DNA from: Opitutaceae bacterium
GTDB taxonomy: Bacteria; Verrucomicrobiota; Verrucomicrobiia; Opitutales; Opitutaceae
NCBI GenBank assembly: GCA_036401075.1
Contig: DASWVY010000036.1
Span: forward strand, 16,662-80,661
Direction: 5' to 3'
Length of the DNA: 64,000 nt
Every line of letters begins with the position of its first letter. The first letter of the stretch is position 1. The notes under the pieces are model-generated. The model had not been told where the DNA came from. It was given only the letters and a program-made list of their open reading frames with translations, and made no database searches. Positions 38,343 through 47,607 of this stretch are shown piece by piece. The translations under genes were made by a program, and so were the position numbers.

Positions 38343-39725
38343 ATGAAGAGCCGGCGCGATTTCCTGAGGGCCTCGAGTCTTTATACGGCTGGTTTTATGG
38401 GCCTGAAGGCCCTGGTCGCGAATCCGCTGCTCGCGGCGGCGCAGGGCGGGGCGGGGGCCGGATACGGTCCGCTGGTCACGGATCCGGCGGGGTTGTTCAA
38501 TCTGCCGGCCGGATTTCGTTACGTGCTCTTCTCGCGGACGGGCACGCCGATGGCCGACGGCCTGATCGTGCCGGGCAAGCACGACGGCATGGCCGCCTTC
38601 GCGGGGCCGGATGGACGAACGCTGCTGGTGCGTAATCACGAACTCGAGAGCGCGTGGACCGAGTTCAGTCCGTTTGGTCGTGATCGTGGCCTTCTCGCCA
38701 AAATCGACCGCGCCCGGATTTACGATTACGGGCGCGGCGTGGCGCCCAACCTGGGAGGCACGACGACGGTGGTGTTCGATACGCACACGCAGACAATGGA
38801 GCGCGAGTTTCTCAGCCTGGCCGGGACGATCCGTAATTGCGCCGGCGGGCCGACGCCGTGGGGCACGTGGATCACCTGCGAGGAAATCAACGAGGCGCCG
38901 GAGCCGGATGCGGAACAGCCACATGGCTATAATTTCGAAGTCCAGCCCACGGCGACGCCGGGCTTGGTGGAGCCGGTGCCGCTCAAGGCCATGGGACGTT
39001 TCCGTCACGAGGCGGTGGCGGTCGATCCGGCGTCGGGCATCATCTACGAGACCGAGGACCTGGGCGACGGGCTGCTCTACCGCTTTATTCCCAACCAGCC
39101 CGGCCGGCTTGCGGCAGGTGGTCGTTTGCAGGCCCTGGTGATCCGGGGCTGGGCGACGGCGGACACGCGCAACTGGAGTGGCGGGGTTTTCCCCGTGGGC
39201 GAACCGCTTCCGGTCGAGTGGGTGACGGTCGACGATGCGGACAACCCGGGCGGCGATCTGCGCAAGCGCGGCGCCGCGGCGGGCGCGGCGATTTTTGCCC
39301 GCGGGGAAGGCGCCTGGTGGGGCAATGATTCGGCCTACTTCGCGATGACGAACGGTGGCCGCAAGCTTCTCGGACAGATCTTCCGCTACCGACCCAGTCC
39401 CGCTGAGGGCACGCCCGGCGAGCGGGTGCGTCCGGGCACGCTCGAACTCTTCGCCGAGCCGAATGACAACGCGCTGCTCAGTAACTGTGACAACGTGACG
39501 GTCGCCCCGTGGGGCGATCTGATCATCTGTGAGGACACCGGGACCGCGTGCCGCCTGGTGGGCGTGACGCCGCAGGGACGTTACTATGTCCTTGGCGCCA
39601 ATCTCGAGACCGGACGCGAACTCGCCGGGGCCTGTTTCTCGCCGGACGGCAGCACGCTTTTTGTCAACGTGCAGACGCCCGGCTACACCCTGGCCATCAC
39701 CGGCCCGTGGGAACGCCGGGTCTGA
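38343..39725 (+). CDS. Tat-exported DUF839/PhoX-like beta-propeller protein
   Basis: 460 aa. Twin-arginine signal MKSRRDFLRASS. NHE.., NCAGGPTPWGTWITCEE and FSPDGSTLFVNVQ are typical of DUF839/PhoX-like proteins. Confidence 0.75.
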   Translation: MKSRRDFLRASSLYTAGFMGLKALVANPLLAAAQGGAGAGYGPLVTDPAGLFNLPAGFRYVLFSRTGTPMADGLIVPGKHDGMAAFAGPDGRTLLVRNHELESAWTEFSPFGRDRGLLAKIDRARIYDYGRGVAPNLGGTTTVVFDTHTQTMEREFLSLAGTIRNCAGGPTPWGTWITCEEINEAPEPDAEQPHGYNFEVQPTATPGLVEPVPLKAMGRFRHEAVAVDPASGIIYETEDLGDGLLYRFIPNQPGRLAAGGRLQALVIRGWATADTRNWSGGVFPVGEPLPVEWVTVDDADNPGGDLRKRGAAAGAAIFARGEGAWWGNDSAYFAMTNGGRKLLGQIFRYRPSPAEGTPGERVRPGTLELFAEPNDNALLSNCDNVTVAPWGDLIICEDTGTACRLVGVTPQGRYYVLGANLETGRELAGACFSPDGSTLFVNVQTPGYTLAITGPWERRV

Positions 39726-39743
39726 CGTGACGGCGGTGCGAAG

Positions 39744-41471
39744 TCAGGTTGCCTGGCCGGCTTTGACGTGCGCCATCAGACCGATGGCGAGGGCGGTGGC
39801 GACCTCGGCCTCGTCTGAGAACACCGCATCGGCTCCGGCGTGGGTCAGATCGGGACCTTCCACGCTGTAGCGCGCGCGCACGATCGCGCCCAGATCGGGA
39901 TTCATTTCCCGGGCCGCGGTCAGGATCGACACCGCTGCCGCGTTGTCGGGAATGGTGATGACGAGGCGGGAGGCGGTCTTGATCCCAGCCTGACTAAGGA
40001 TGTCGCGTCGGCTCGCATCGCCGTAGAGCGCGTGAATCTTCTCAGCCTGCAGCGCGAGGATCGTGTCGACGTTGAGATCGATGACAAAAGGTTCCAGTCC
40101 GAGTTCCTTGGCGCGGTTCACAATGGTGCGTCCGACCGGACCGTATCCGACGACGATGGCGCGCGGGGCGGAGCCCGCGGCGCGATGCAGCTCGATGTCA
40201 TTCACGGCGGCGCCGTGGACGGCGGTGCGCTGGTCGAGCCAGGCCTGAAGCTTGGGCTGACGCTTGGCCCAGCCCTCGAGCGCCATGATGCGGCGGAACA
40301 GCCAGGGATTGAGGCTGATCGAGATGATGGCGGCGGCGACCAGGGCATGGTGGCCGGCTTCGGGCATGAGATCGAGGGCGCGGGCGGCCTCGGCGACGAT
40401 GAACGAAAATTCCCCGATCTGCGCCAGACCGGCCGCGACGGTGAGTCCGGTCCGCAGCGGGTGGCGGCCGACGAGCGCGATGACCAGGGCGACCACCGGC
40501 TTGACGACCATAATGACGACCACGAGTCCGGCCACGAGCCAGGGCTCCTCGAGGATCTGTCGCCAGTCGAAGAGCATGCCGACCGAGACGAAGAAGAGCA
40601 CGGAAAACGCATCGCGCATGGGGAGCGCGTCCGCGGCTGCCTGATGGCTGAACTTGGACTGGCTGACCACCATGCCGGCGAGGAAGGCGCCCAGGGCCAT
40701 CGATGCGCCGAAGGCGAGATAGCCGATCGTCGCGATCGCGAGGGCGATGACCAGCACGGTCAGGGTGAAGAGTTCTGACGAGCGCAGGCGCGCGACGCGG
40801 AGAAGCAGCCAAGGAACGAAGCGTGAGCCGGCGATGCCGACGATCGCCGCGAGGACGCCGAGTTTCAGCACGGCGATGCCGGCGGTGGCGAGCAGGCCCG
40901 ATCCTTCGCCTTCGGCGGCGACCGCAACCGCATCCGTGCCGGCGCTGATCGCGCTGGTGGCAAGGGCCGGGAGAAGGACGAGCACCAATACGGTGATGAT
41001 GTCCTCCACCACCAGCCAGCCGACGGCCACCCTGCCTTCGGTGGTTTCCACCATGCCATGGTCCATGAGCAGGCGGAGCAGCACGACTGTGCTGGCCACG
41101 GAGATGGCAATGCCCAGCACGAGACCGGCGTTCCACGTCCAGCCGACGGCCACGGTGACGGCCACGCCGCAGAGGGTCGCGGCGGCGCTTTGTCCTAGCG
41201 CGCCAGGGACCGCGATCTTGCGGACCGCCATGAGGTCGTCGAAGTGGAAGTGCAGACCGACGCCGAACATGAGCAGGATCACGCCGATCTCAGCCAGTTG
41301 CTTGGCCAGATTGACGTCACCCACAAAGCCCGGGGTGAACGGACCGACGACCACGCCCGCCAGCAGATAGCCCACGATCGGAGCAAGCCCGAGTCGTTTA
41401 GCCAGCAGTCCGAACACGAGGGCGGACAGAAGGCCGAAGGCGATGGTCGTGATGAGCGAGATATCATGCAT
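39744..41471 (-). CDS. Kef-type (CPA2) cation:proton antiporter with C-terminal TrkA-N domain
   Basis: 575 aa. Na_H_exchanger-type membrane domain plus Rossmann VVGYGPVGR. Confidence 0.9.
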   Translation of the reverse strand: MHDISLITTIAFGLLSALVFGLLAKRLGLAPIVGYLLAGVVVGPFTPGFVGDVNLAKQLAEIGVILLMFGVGLHFHFDDLMAVRKIAVPGALGQSAAATLCGVAVTVAVGWTWNAGLVLGIAISVASTVVLLRLLMDHGMVETTEGRVAVGWLVVEDIITVLVLVLLPALATSAISAGTDAVAVAAEGEGSGLLATAGIAVLKLGVLAAIVGIAGSRFVPWLLLRVARLRSSELFTLTVLVIALAIATIGYLAFGASMALGAFLAGMVVSQSKFSHQAAADALPMRDAFSVLFFVSVGMLFDWRQILEEPWLVAGLVVVIMVVKPVVALVIALVGRHPLRTGLTVAAGLAQIGEFSFIVAEAARALDLMPEAGHHALVAAAIISISLNPWLFRRIMALEGWAKRQPKLQAWLDQRTAVHGAAVNDIELHRAAGSAPRAIVVGYGPVGRTIVNRAKELGLEPFVIDLNVDTILALQAEKIHALYGDASRRDILSQAGIKTASRLVITIPDNAAAVSILTAAREMNPDLGAIVRARYSVEGPDLTHAGADAVFSDEAEVATALAIGLMAHVKAGQAT

Positions 41472-41531
41472 GGCGGGTCGTGGGTTAAGGCGACGGAGCG
41501 ATCCGTCGCCGGATTCGTGAGGCCGTCAGAC

Positions 41532-42872
41532 TCAGTCCGGCAATTGGACCGGATCGAGCCGTGGCGCGAGGAGCTGGATCACGGCGAGTGCGATCAGGTA
41601 AGCAGACGAGGCGATGGCGAAGAGCGGAAAGTAGCCGACGTGACCGATGATCCAGCCGGCGCTGGCGGCGAGCAGGGCTCCGCCGATTGCGCCCATCATA
41701 CCGCCGATTCCGACCACACTCGCGACGGCCCGGCGGGGGAAAAGGTCGGAGGCGGTGGTGAAGAGATTCGCACTCCAACCCTGGTGCGCGGCAGTGGCAA
41801 GGGCGATCAGCGCGATGGCGACATAAATGCTGCTCGTCATGGCGGCGAAGAAGATCGGCACGACACAGAGGGCGCAGATCAGCAGCGTGGTTTTGCGTGC
41901 GCGGTTCACGCTCCAGCCGAGCCCGATGAAGCGGCTCGCCAGCCAGCCGAAGAAGATGCTACCGAAGTCGGACACGAGGTAGATCACAAGGAACGGGATA
42001 CCGACCTGCTTGAGGTCGAGCTTCATGGTGAAGGCCGGGTTCTCGTTGAAGAAGCTCGGGAGCCACGTCAGGTAAAACCACCACACGGCATCGGTCAGGA
42101 ACTTGCCGATGGCAAAAGCCCAGGTGGCGCGGAACGGCACCAGGATGCGCCACTTGACGGGAGCTTCACTCACGGTGACGCCGTCCTGCCGGATGTAGGC
42201 AAGTTCGGCTGGCGTGAGCGAGGGATGCTCCTCGGGCCGGCGGTAGACGGAAAGCCAGGCGGCGAGCACGAAGACGCCGAGGGCGCCGGTAATAAAGAAT
42301 CCCGTGCGCCAACCGAACTCGGCGATGATCCAGGGCACGCAGACGGCCGTGAGGATAATGCCCACGTTGGAGCCCGCATTGAAGAGGCCGGTCGCGAAGC
42401 TGCGCTCCTTGCGTGGAAACCACTCGGCGACGGCCTTGATCGCGGACGGGAAATTGCCGGCTTCGCCGACGCCGAGGGCGAAGCGCGCCCCGGCAAGGCC
42501 CATCACCGACCCCACCAAACCGTGGCCCATACCGGCGATGCTCCAGAGCGAGATGCTGAAGCCGAAACCCTTCCGTGCACCGATCCGGTCGATCAGCCAG
42601 CCGATAAGGAGGAAGCCGAGTCCGTACGCGATCTTGAAGGCGGCATCGACGTACCCCATCAGCTCCTTGTAGCGGATCAGGTCGGCCTCGCTGAGAGGCA
42701 CGTTCGGCGCGAGGCCCAGCATGTGATGGCGGAAGAGGGGATCGAGCATGGTGAACGACAGGACGTTGCGGTCGATGTAGTTCACGGTCGTGGCGAGGAA
42801 CAGCACGGCGCAGATGCGCCAGCGATAATAGCCGACCGAGTGGGTGGCGGGACTAACCGGGGACGTTGTCAT
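41532..42872 (-). CDS. MFS transporter (ACS/hexuronate-type)
   Basis: 446 aa from ATG 42872. The N-terminus YRWRICAVLFLATTVNYIDRNVLS and 12 TM segments. The ORF's 116-aa extension to 43220 is Arg/Pro-rich and overlaps the small ORF below. Confidence 0.85.
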   Translation of the reverse strand: MTTSPVSPATHSVGYYRWRICAVLFLATTVNYIDRNVLSFTMLDPLFRHHMLGLAPNVPLSEADLIRYKELMGYVDAAFKIAYGLGFLLIGWLIDRIGARKGFGFSISLWSIAGMGHGLVGSVMGLAGARFALGVGEAGNFPSAIKAVAEWFPRKERSFATGLFNAGSNVGIILTAVCVPWIIAEFGWRTGFFITGALGVFVLAAWLSVYRRPEEHPSLTPAELAYIRQDGVTVSEAPVKWRILVPFRATWAFAIGKFLTDAVWWFYLTWLPSFFNENPAFTMKLDLKQVGIPFLVIYLVSDFGSIFFGWLASRFIGLGWSVNRARKTTLLICALCVVPIFFAAMTSSIYVAIALIALATAAHQGWSANLFTTASDLFPRRAVASVVGIGGMMGAIGGALLAASAGWIIGHVGYFPLFAIASSAYLIALAVIQLLAPRLDPVQLPD

Positions 42873-42958
42873 GGGGAAAATAGGGGAGGCGGGATGCCTG
42901 CTGCCCGGCGCGCGCTTGGCGCGAGACCGGGCAGGAGGCCAAGGGAAGGCGTGCGGCG

Positions 42959-43162
42959 TTAGCGGCGGGCACGGTCGATGAGGGCACCGATGACCCAGCC
43001 GGCGACGGCAAGGGCGATGGCGCCCTGCAGCCAGCGGCCAAGCCAGGCACCGACGCCGGCGCCGAGCACGGCTCCGATGAGGGCGCCCCAGGCGGCGCGC
43101 TCGCCCTCGCCCGAAGGCGGAGGCGGCGTTGAAGACGATGGCGGAGAGGGAGGACGGGACAT
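42959..43162 (-). CDS. small glycine-zipper membrane protein (hypothetical)
   Basis: 67 aa. Pro/Ser-rich N-terminus, then GALIGAVLGAGVGAWLG..AIALAVAGWVIGALI. Third codon positions are mostly G/C as in neighbouring genes. CCATG start context. Confidence 0.45.
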   Translation of the reverse strand: MSRPPSPPSSSTPPPPSGEGERAAWGALIGAVLGAGVGAWLGRWLQGAIALAVAGWVIGALIDRARR

Positions 43163-43326
43163 GGCTGAATGAGGATCTGAGGTTGGCGCAGCCCACGCGC
43201 GGCGGGCGGCGTTGCATCACGGGGACGCAGGTGTCCGCAGCGAGATGGCGAGCGGACGTCTGAACGCAGGAGTGCGACCGGAGCGTTCATGAACTCACGG
43301 TCCGGGGTCCGGACGCGTGGTCAGTC

Positions 43327-43692
43327 TCAGACTCTCAATTCGACGGCACGCACCCGTGCGTGCAGCCAGGGAACCTGGGCCGGTGCCTCGGGACCGCTCA
43401 AGGCGGATCGGCCGCCGGGCACGAGCAACCAGCCCGCAGCCAGCACCGTCAGGAAAAGCAGGAAAGGGGAAACCGCGAGCGCCTCATTCGTGGGTGCAGG
43501 CGCGGAAATCGGCTTGGCGAAGAGTGATGGAGAGGCGACCACCAGGGCGATCGCCACGCTCCGTCCATGGATGGACAGCTCCTTGTCCTTGCTGCCGGCC
43601 TCCATCGTTCGTCCCGCCAAAGGCGCGAGCAGCAGAGACAGGATGAAGATCCCGGTCCAGAGACGATGGACGATGGTGGCGAGGCCGATCAC
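43327..43692 (-). CDS. hypothetical membrane protein
   Basis: 121 aa with a GTG start and 2-3 hydrophobic segments. Codon usage looks coding. No family recognised. Confidence 0.35.
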   Translation of the reverse strand: MIGLATIVHRLWTGIFILSLLLAPLAGRTMEAGSKDKELSIHGRSVAIALVVASPSLFAKPISAPAPTNEALAVSPFLLFLTVLAAGWLLVPGGRSALSGPEAPAQVPWLHARVRAVELRV

Positions 43693-43772
43693 GGACGGCC
43701 ATTCGCAGTGGCGGCTCGCAGGCTGTCAATGCTGCAGTCACGCCGGGCCCGCGGCCGGCGCTCCGCACCGGA

Positions 43773-44999
43773 TCAACGGCCGGGAGCGGTCCGAGTCAGG
43801 TTCTCCGCGATATGCAGGCCTGACTTGCCGCCGCTCACGAGGTCGAGATCGCCGTCTCCGTCGAGGTCGGCGACTTGGATTTGCATGCCGCCACCCATGC
43901 GCCCTCCGTAGTCGACGATGTGGCGGATCCATTCAACCGCCCCGGCTTCGTCCTTGCGGTACTCGTACCAGTAAAGACCGACCGGCTCGCGTTCTCCCGG
44001 ATCGCTGCCGTTGTGGGCCATGTAGCGCTTGCCAGTGATCAAGTCGCGAACGCCGTCGCCGTTGAGATCGACGAAAACGGACGCATGTGCCTGCGACCAG
44101 GAGCTGTCGATCACGCGCTGGGTCCAGGTGCCGTCCGCGTTGTTCTCGTACCAGCAGACGCCGTAGTCGTGGCCCATGGTGGTGAGGACATCGTTGCGGC
44201 CATCGCCATTGAGATCGACCACGTACAGGTAACCAAATTGGGCTGGGCGGGGCGGGGGGCTGCCGGCGGCCGGAGGCACGGGCGCCGAGCCGCTCGGCGG
44301 GATGCGGTGCTGGCTCCAATCCGTGGGATGAAATGTCCAGTCGCCCGCGGCGCGGACATCGGCCGGGGCCTCAAGCCAGCCGGCCGGGGTGAGAATGTCG
44401 TTGCGGCCGTCACCATTGAGATCGCCGGCGCCGATGCCGTGGCCGAAGCTTTTCGGACTGACGACGTGCTTCACCCACTTGCCTCCGCTGAGCTCGAACC
44501 AAGCGAGCGGAACCTCGGGCCGGTCGAACTGCGGGAGCAGCTCCGCGGCCTTGCCGTCGTTGTTAAGGTCGACGAGAAACGAAAATTCGGTGGGACCGCT
44601 GGCGTCGATTTGATTCACCGTCCAGGTCCCGCCGCCTTTGCCCGGGTTCTTCAGCCAGACGATGTTGCGCGCGAAGTAGCTGAACTGCAGCAGATCCGTG
44701 TAGCCGTCGCCGTCGATGTCCATGGGGTGGTCGCTGAAGTTGTCGACGTAGCCGCGGCTGTAGTTGAGCGCCCGCAGCGGATGCTTCTTCCAGGAGGGCG
44801 CCTCGTACCAGCTGTCACCGGAGATGATGTCCGGGCGCCCGTCGTTGTTGAGATCGGCGACCGTGGCCGTTTCGTTCGTGCCGGGATCGATCAGGTGGGT
44901 GCGAAATGCGATGTCGGCCGGGCGGGGCGCGGCGCCGAGCGAGGCGGCGGCAGCGAAACCAATGGACACGAAGGTGGGCAGGCGGAGCGTCGTTTTCAT
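43773..44999 (-). CDS. secreted FG-GAP/VCBS-repeat protein
   Basis: 408 aa from ATG 44999. Signal peptide MKTTLRLPTFVSIGFAAAASLGA. Repeated Ca-binding-like DLNNDGRPD, DIDGDGYTD, DLNGDGRND and DLDGDGDLD motifs. Confidence 0.8.
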   Translation of the reverse strand: MKTTLRLPTFVSIGFAAAASLGAAPRPADIAFRTHLIDPGTNETATVADLNNDGRPDIISGDSWYEAPSWKKHPLRALNYSRGYVDNFSDHPMDIDGDGYTDLLQFSYFARNIVWLKNPGKGGGTWTVNQIDASGPTEFSFLVDLNNDGKAAELLPQFDRPEVPLAWFELSGGKWVKHVVSPKSFGHGIGAGDLNGDGRNDILTPAGWLEAPADVRAAGDWTFHPTDWSQHRIPPSGSAPVPPAAGSPPPRPAQFGYLYVVDLNGDGRNDVLTTMGHDYGVCWYENNADGTWTQRVIDSSWSQAHASVFVDLNGDGVRDLITGKRYMAHNGSDPGEREPVGLYWYEYRKDEAGAVEWIRHIVDYGGRMGGGMQIQVADLDGDGDLDLVSGGKSGLHIAENLTRTAPGR

Positions 45000-45254
45000 G
45001 GGGTGGGAAGGAGCGGCGGGACGGCCGCGCGCAGGGGTGAGGAAATCCACTCCGCCGGGCGGAAAAGTGCAAGGCTGCAATCCGGTGCGTCCGGCGGGTG
45101 GTCTGTCCGCCAATGGTATCCAGTTAATAATTACAAACTGTGGGTATTGGCTTGCGCACCCGGCTGCGCCGGGCGACGATTCGACACCCCGTGATGGCGG
45201 TGTCCTGCCGCCTTGATCCTCAATCCCTGCCGGCGTTGTCCGCGCCCTGTTTCC

Positions 45255-46331
45255 ATGGCCCCTTGTCGTTTCCGTCGTTCATGTGTCATTGCTTTTGCGG
45301 CCGTCCTGCTGGGCGGCGGTTCGCTCCCGGCCGCGCCGGTGCTGCTGGTGGGGGAGAAGACGGGCAGCGCGCTGTCGATCATCGACCCCGAGGGCGGGAA
45401 GGTGGTGGGTCGTGTGGCGATCTCGCCGAATCCGCACGAGGTGGCGACGGACGGCACGCATGCCTACATCTCTCACCCGAATCGGCCGGCGATCACGGTG
45501 GTGGACATTGCGGCCCGGAAGGAACTGGCGCCGATCGAACTGGGTAGCCTGGGTCCCTGTCATGGGCTCTGGTATGCCGCGGGAAAACTGTTTTTCGCCA
45601 ACGAAGGGGCGCGAACGATTGGCCGTTATGACCTGGCGACGGGCAAGATTGATTGGGTGATGGGCATGGGCTTCAGCTCGCACATGCTGATGACTTCGCC
45701 CGACGGACAGACGGTGTTTGTTCCGGGCGCGCCCGCCTCGCTCAGTCTGGTTGAGTACAAGGTCAATCCGGTGCCGCCGGCGCCGCGGCGCGCGATCCCG
45801 TGGGCGACGACCTCGGCTCAGGCGGCGGACCCGAACCGCCCGCGCACGCCGGTCGCAAACCGTGGTCCGGCCGTGCCGCGTCCGGAATGGATCACCACGA
45901 CCCTCCCAGCCGGTGCAGGGATCGAGGGCATTGATGTCTCACCGGACGGAAAGGAATTGTGGGGCATCAACGTCCAGGACCGGACCATCACCGTGGTCGA
46001 CATCGGGGCCAAGGCGGTGAAGGCCACGATCCCGCTCCGGCGCGATTTCTCGAACCGCATCCGCTTCACGCCGGATGGCCGGCACGTCTTTGTCTCCGAG
46101 CTCAACGGCTCCGAGGTGCTGGTCCTCGATGCGGTGACGCATGCGGAGGTGAAGCGGATCGAGGTCGGGGGCGGCCACGAGGGCATCAGCATGCACCCGG
46201 ACGGCACGCGGGCCTACGTGGCGATCGCCTTGCAGGACAAGATCACGGTGGTCGACCTGAAGACCCTGACGGTCATCGGCGAGATCGCCGGAATGAGCAC
46301 GCCGGACGGGATGGCCTGGACGAAGAACTGA
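45255..46331 (+). CDS. secreted YVTN/YncE-like beta-propeller repeat protein
   Basis: 358 aa from ATG 45255, with a signal peptide. Repeated ..H(E/G)(V/I)..(S/T)PDG.. blades: PHEVATDGTHAYI, IDVSPDGKELW, IRFTPDGRHVFV, ISMHPDGTRAYV. Confidence 0.75.
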   Translation: MAPCRFRRSCVIAFAAVLLGGGSLPAAPVLLVGEKTGSALSIIDPEGGKVVGRVAISPNPHEVATDGTHAYISHPNRPAITVVDIAARKELAPIELGSLGPCHGLWYAAGKLFFANEGARTIGRYDLATGKIDWVMGMGFSSHMLMTSPDGQTVFVPGAPASLSLVEYKVNPVPPAPRRAIPWATTSAQAADPNRPRTPVANRGPAVPRPEWITTTLPAGAGIEGIDVSPDGKELWGINVQDRTITVVDIGAKAVKATIPLRRDFSNRIRFTPDGRHVFVSELNGSEVLVLDAVTHAEVKRIEVGGGHEGISMHPDGTRAYVAIALQDKITVVDLKTLTVIGEIAGMSTPDGMAWTKN

Positions 46332-46350
46332 CGGGCGGTTGCCGGCGGCT

Positions 46351-46393
46351 TAAAAAAAGAGGACCGATCAGACCCGTGGGGCCGATCGGTCCT
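46351..46393 (-). terminator. intrinsic terminator of the DUF1080 gene (hairpin shared with the convergent YVTN gene)
   Basis: Minus strand: AGGACCGATC-14 nt loop-GATCGGTCCT followed by CTTTTTTT. On the plus strand the same stem lacks a T-run. Confidence 0.85.
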
Positions 46394-46433
46394 ATGAACT
46401 AAAACGGGCTGCGCCGGAGGTGGCGCGAGATCC

Positions 46434-47282
46434 TTACGGCAGGTTCTTCAGGTAGACGTTGCGGAACTCGATCTGCATCGGCGGACCCTGGTGGATCTGG
46501 AGGCCGAGGAGACCTTCCATTGCGCGCTTCTCGGGCTCGTCATCGATCAGGATGTTGATGATGCGGCCGTTGAGGATCTGCGTGATGACGTTCTCCTTGG
46601 CGATGATGTGGTAGGTGTGCCACTCGCCGGACGGCTTCATGGCCGCTGCCTTGATGGCGTCGAGCTCGCCGGTGCTGCCGATCAGCTTGGCCGCGCCGCC
46701 TTCAACGCGGCGGGTGATGGAGCCGGGGCGGGAGGCGAAGCCACGACCGCGCTCTTCGTAGAGGAGGCCGGTGTTACGATGGATCGGATCCATGTCGGCC
46801 TGATAGCCGGCGAGAACCCACTTCCCGACCTCGGGCATTTCCTTGCTGCGATACTGCACGCCGCTGTTGCCGTTTTCGCCGCTCGTGAAGCGATAATCGA
46901 TCTTGAGCTCGAAGTTCTTGAGGATGCCACCACGCCAGATGAGGAAGCTGTTCGGGTTGACGATCTTCTCGGGCGTGCTCTGGCCGATGATGGTGCCGTT
47001 CTCAACGCGCCAGAAGCGCGGATCGCCATCCCAGTTGGTCAGCGTCTTGCCATCGAAGATGGACGTGAAGCCGACGAGATCATCCGGGGCGGGCGGGGTC
47101 ATGTTCATGCCGCGACCACCGCCACGACCACCGGGACCGCCAGGTGCGCCCTGGCCGCCTTGCGCGGGGGCTCCGCCGCCGGGGGCGGGGGGCTGTTGGG
47201 CTGACAGGGTCAGCGAGGAGAAAAAGAGGCCGGCGGCGGCCAGCAGGGGTACCATGCGCTGCAGATTACGGGGGGACTTCAT
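46434..47282 (-). CDS. DUF1080 (3-keto-disaccharide hydrolase-like) domain protein, secreted
   Basis: 282 aa. Signal peptide, a Gly/Pro-rich linker, then FDGKTLTNWDGDPRFWRVENGTIIG..LQIH...IEFRNVYLK, typical of DUF1080. Confidence 0.85.
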   Translation of the reverse strand: MKSPRNLQRMVPLLAAAGLFFSSLTLSAQQPPAPGGGAPAQGGQGAPGGPGGRGGGRGMNMTPPAPDDLVGFTSIFDGKTLTNWDGDPRFWRVENGTIIGQSTPEKIVNPNSFLIWRGGILKNFELKIDYRFTSGENGNSGVQYRSKEMPEVGKWVLAGYQADMDPIHRNTGLLYEERGRGFASRPGSITRRVEGGAAKLIGSTGELDAIKAAAMKPSGEWHTYHIIAKENVITQILNGRIINILIDDEPEKRAMEGLLGLQIHQGPPMQIEFRNVYLKNLP

Positions 47283-47498
47283 GAAACGAACGCGGTTTAT
47301 GCGGTTTGGGTTGGCTGACGACGCGGGATCACGGAGGCAGGCTCCGTGGGCCGCGACGGTGGTTGCACCCCTTTGGGGAAGGAATGAAACCGGGACAGGG
47401 GGTAGAGACGACGAAAGAAACCGAACGGTTTCGATAGAAAGTGACTATTTGGAGCCGAACCCGGTGGCAAGCGGGTTCTGTGGCGGACCTTGGGTTGG

Positions 47499-47568
47499 TT
47501 CGTTCTCGTTCTCTTACTCGTTCTTCGTTCTCGACCCGAAACAACCCTGAGAACGAGAACGAGAACGA
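47499..47568. repeat. composite inverted repeat, family D copy 1 (speA-DUF1080 spacer)
   Basis: Left arm TTCGTTCTCGTTCTCTTACTCGTTCTTCGTTCTCG (47499-47533), a 15-nt loop, and right arm GAGAACGAGAACGAGAACGA (47549-47568). Hexamer unit GAGAAC. Confidence 0.85.
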
Positions 47569-47607
47569 TTACCTGCCGTGGGCGCACCCTGCCTAGGCGC
47601 GGCTCGA

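Noticed and set aside
43289-44038. A 249-aa plus-strand ORF across the 43.3-44.0 kb region.
   Set aside because: Its sequence is Arg/Ser/Pro-rich with no motif. It overlaps the well-supported minus-strand FG-GAP gene and the more plausible minus-strand membrane ORF.
45118-45150. The AT-rich quasi-palindrome TTAATAATTAC as a defined operator site.
   Set aside because: It is too short and imperfect to call a regulatory site from a single copy. It is mentioned only as context in the FG-GAP/YVTN finding.
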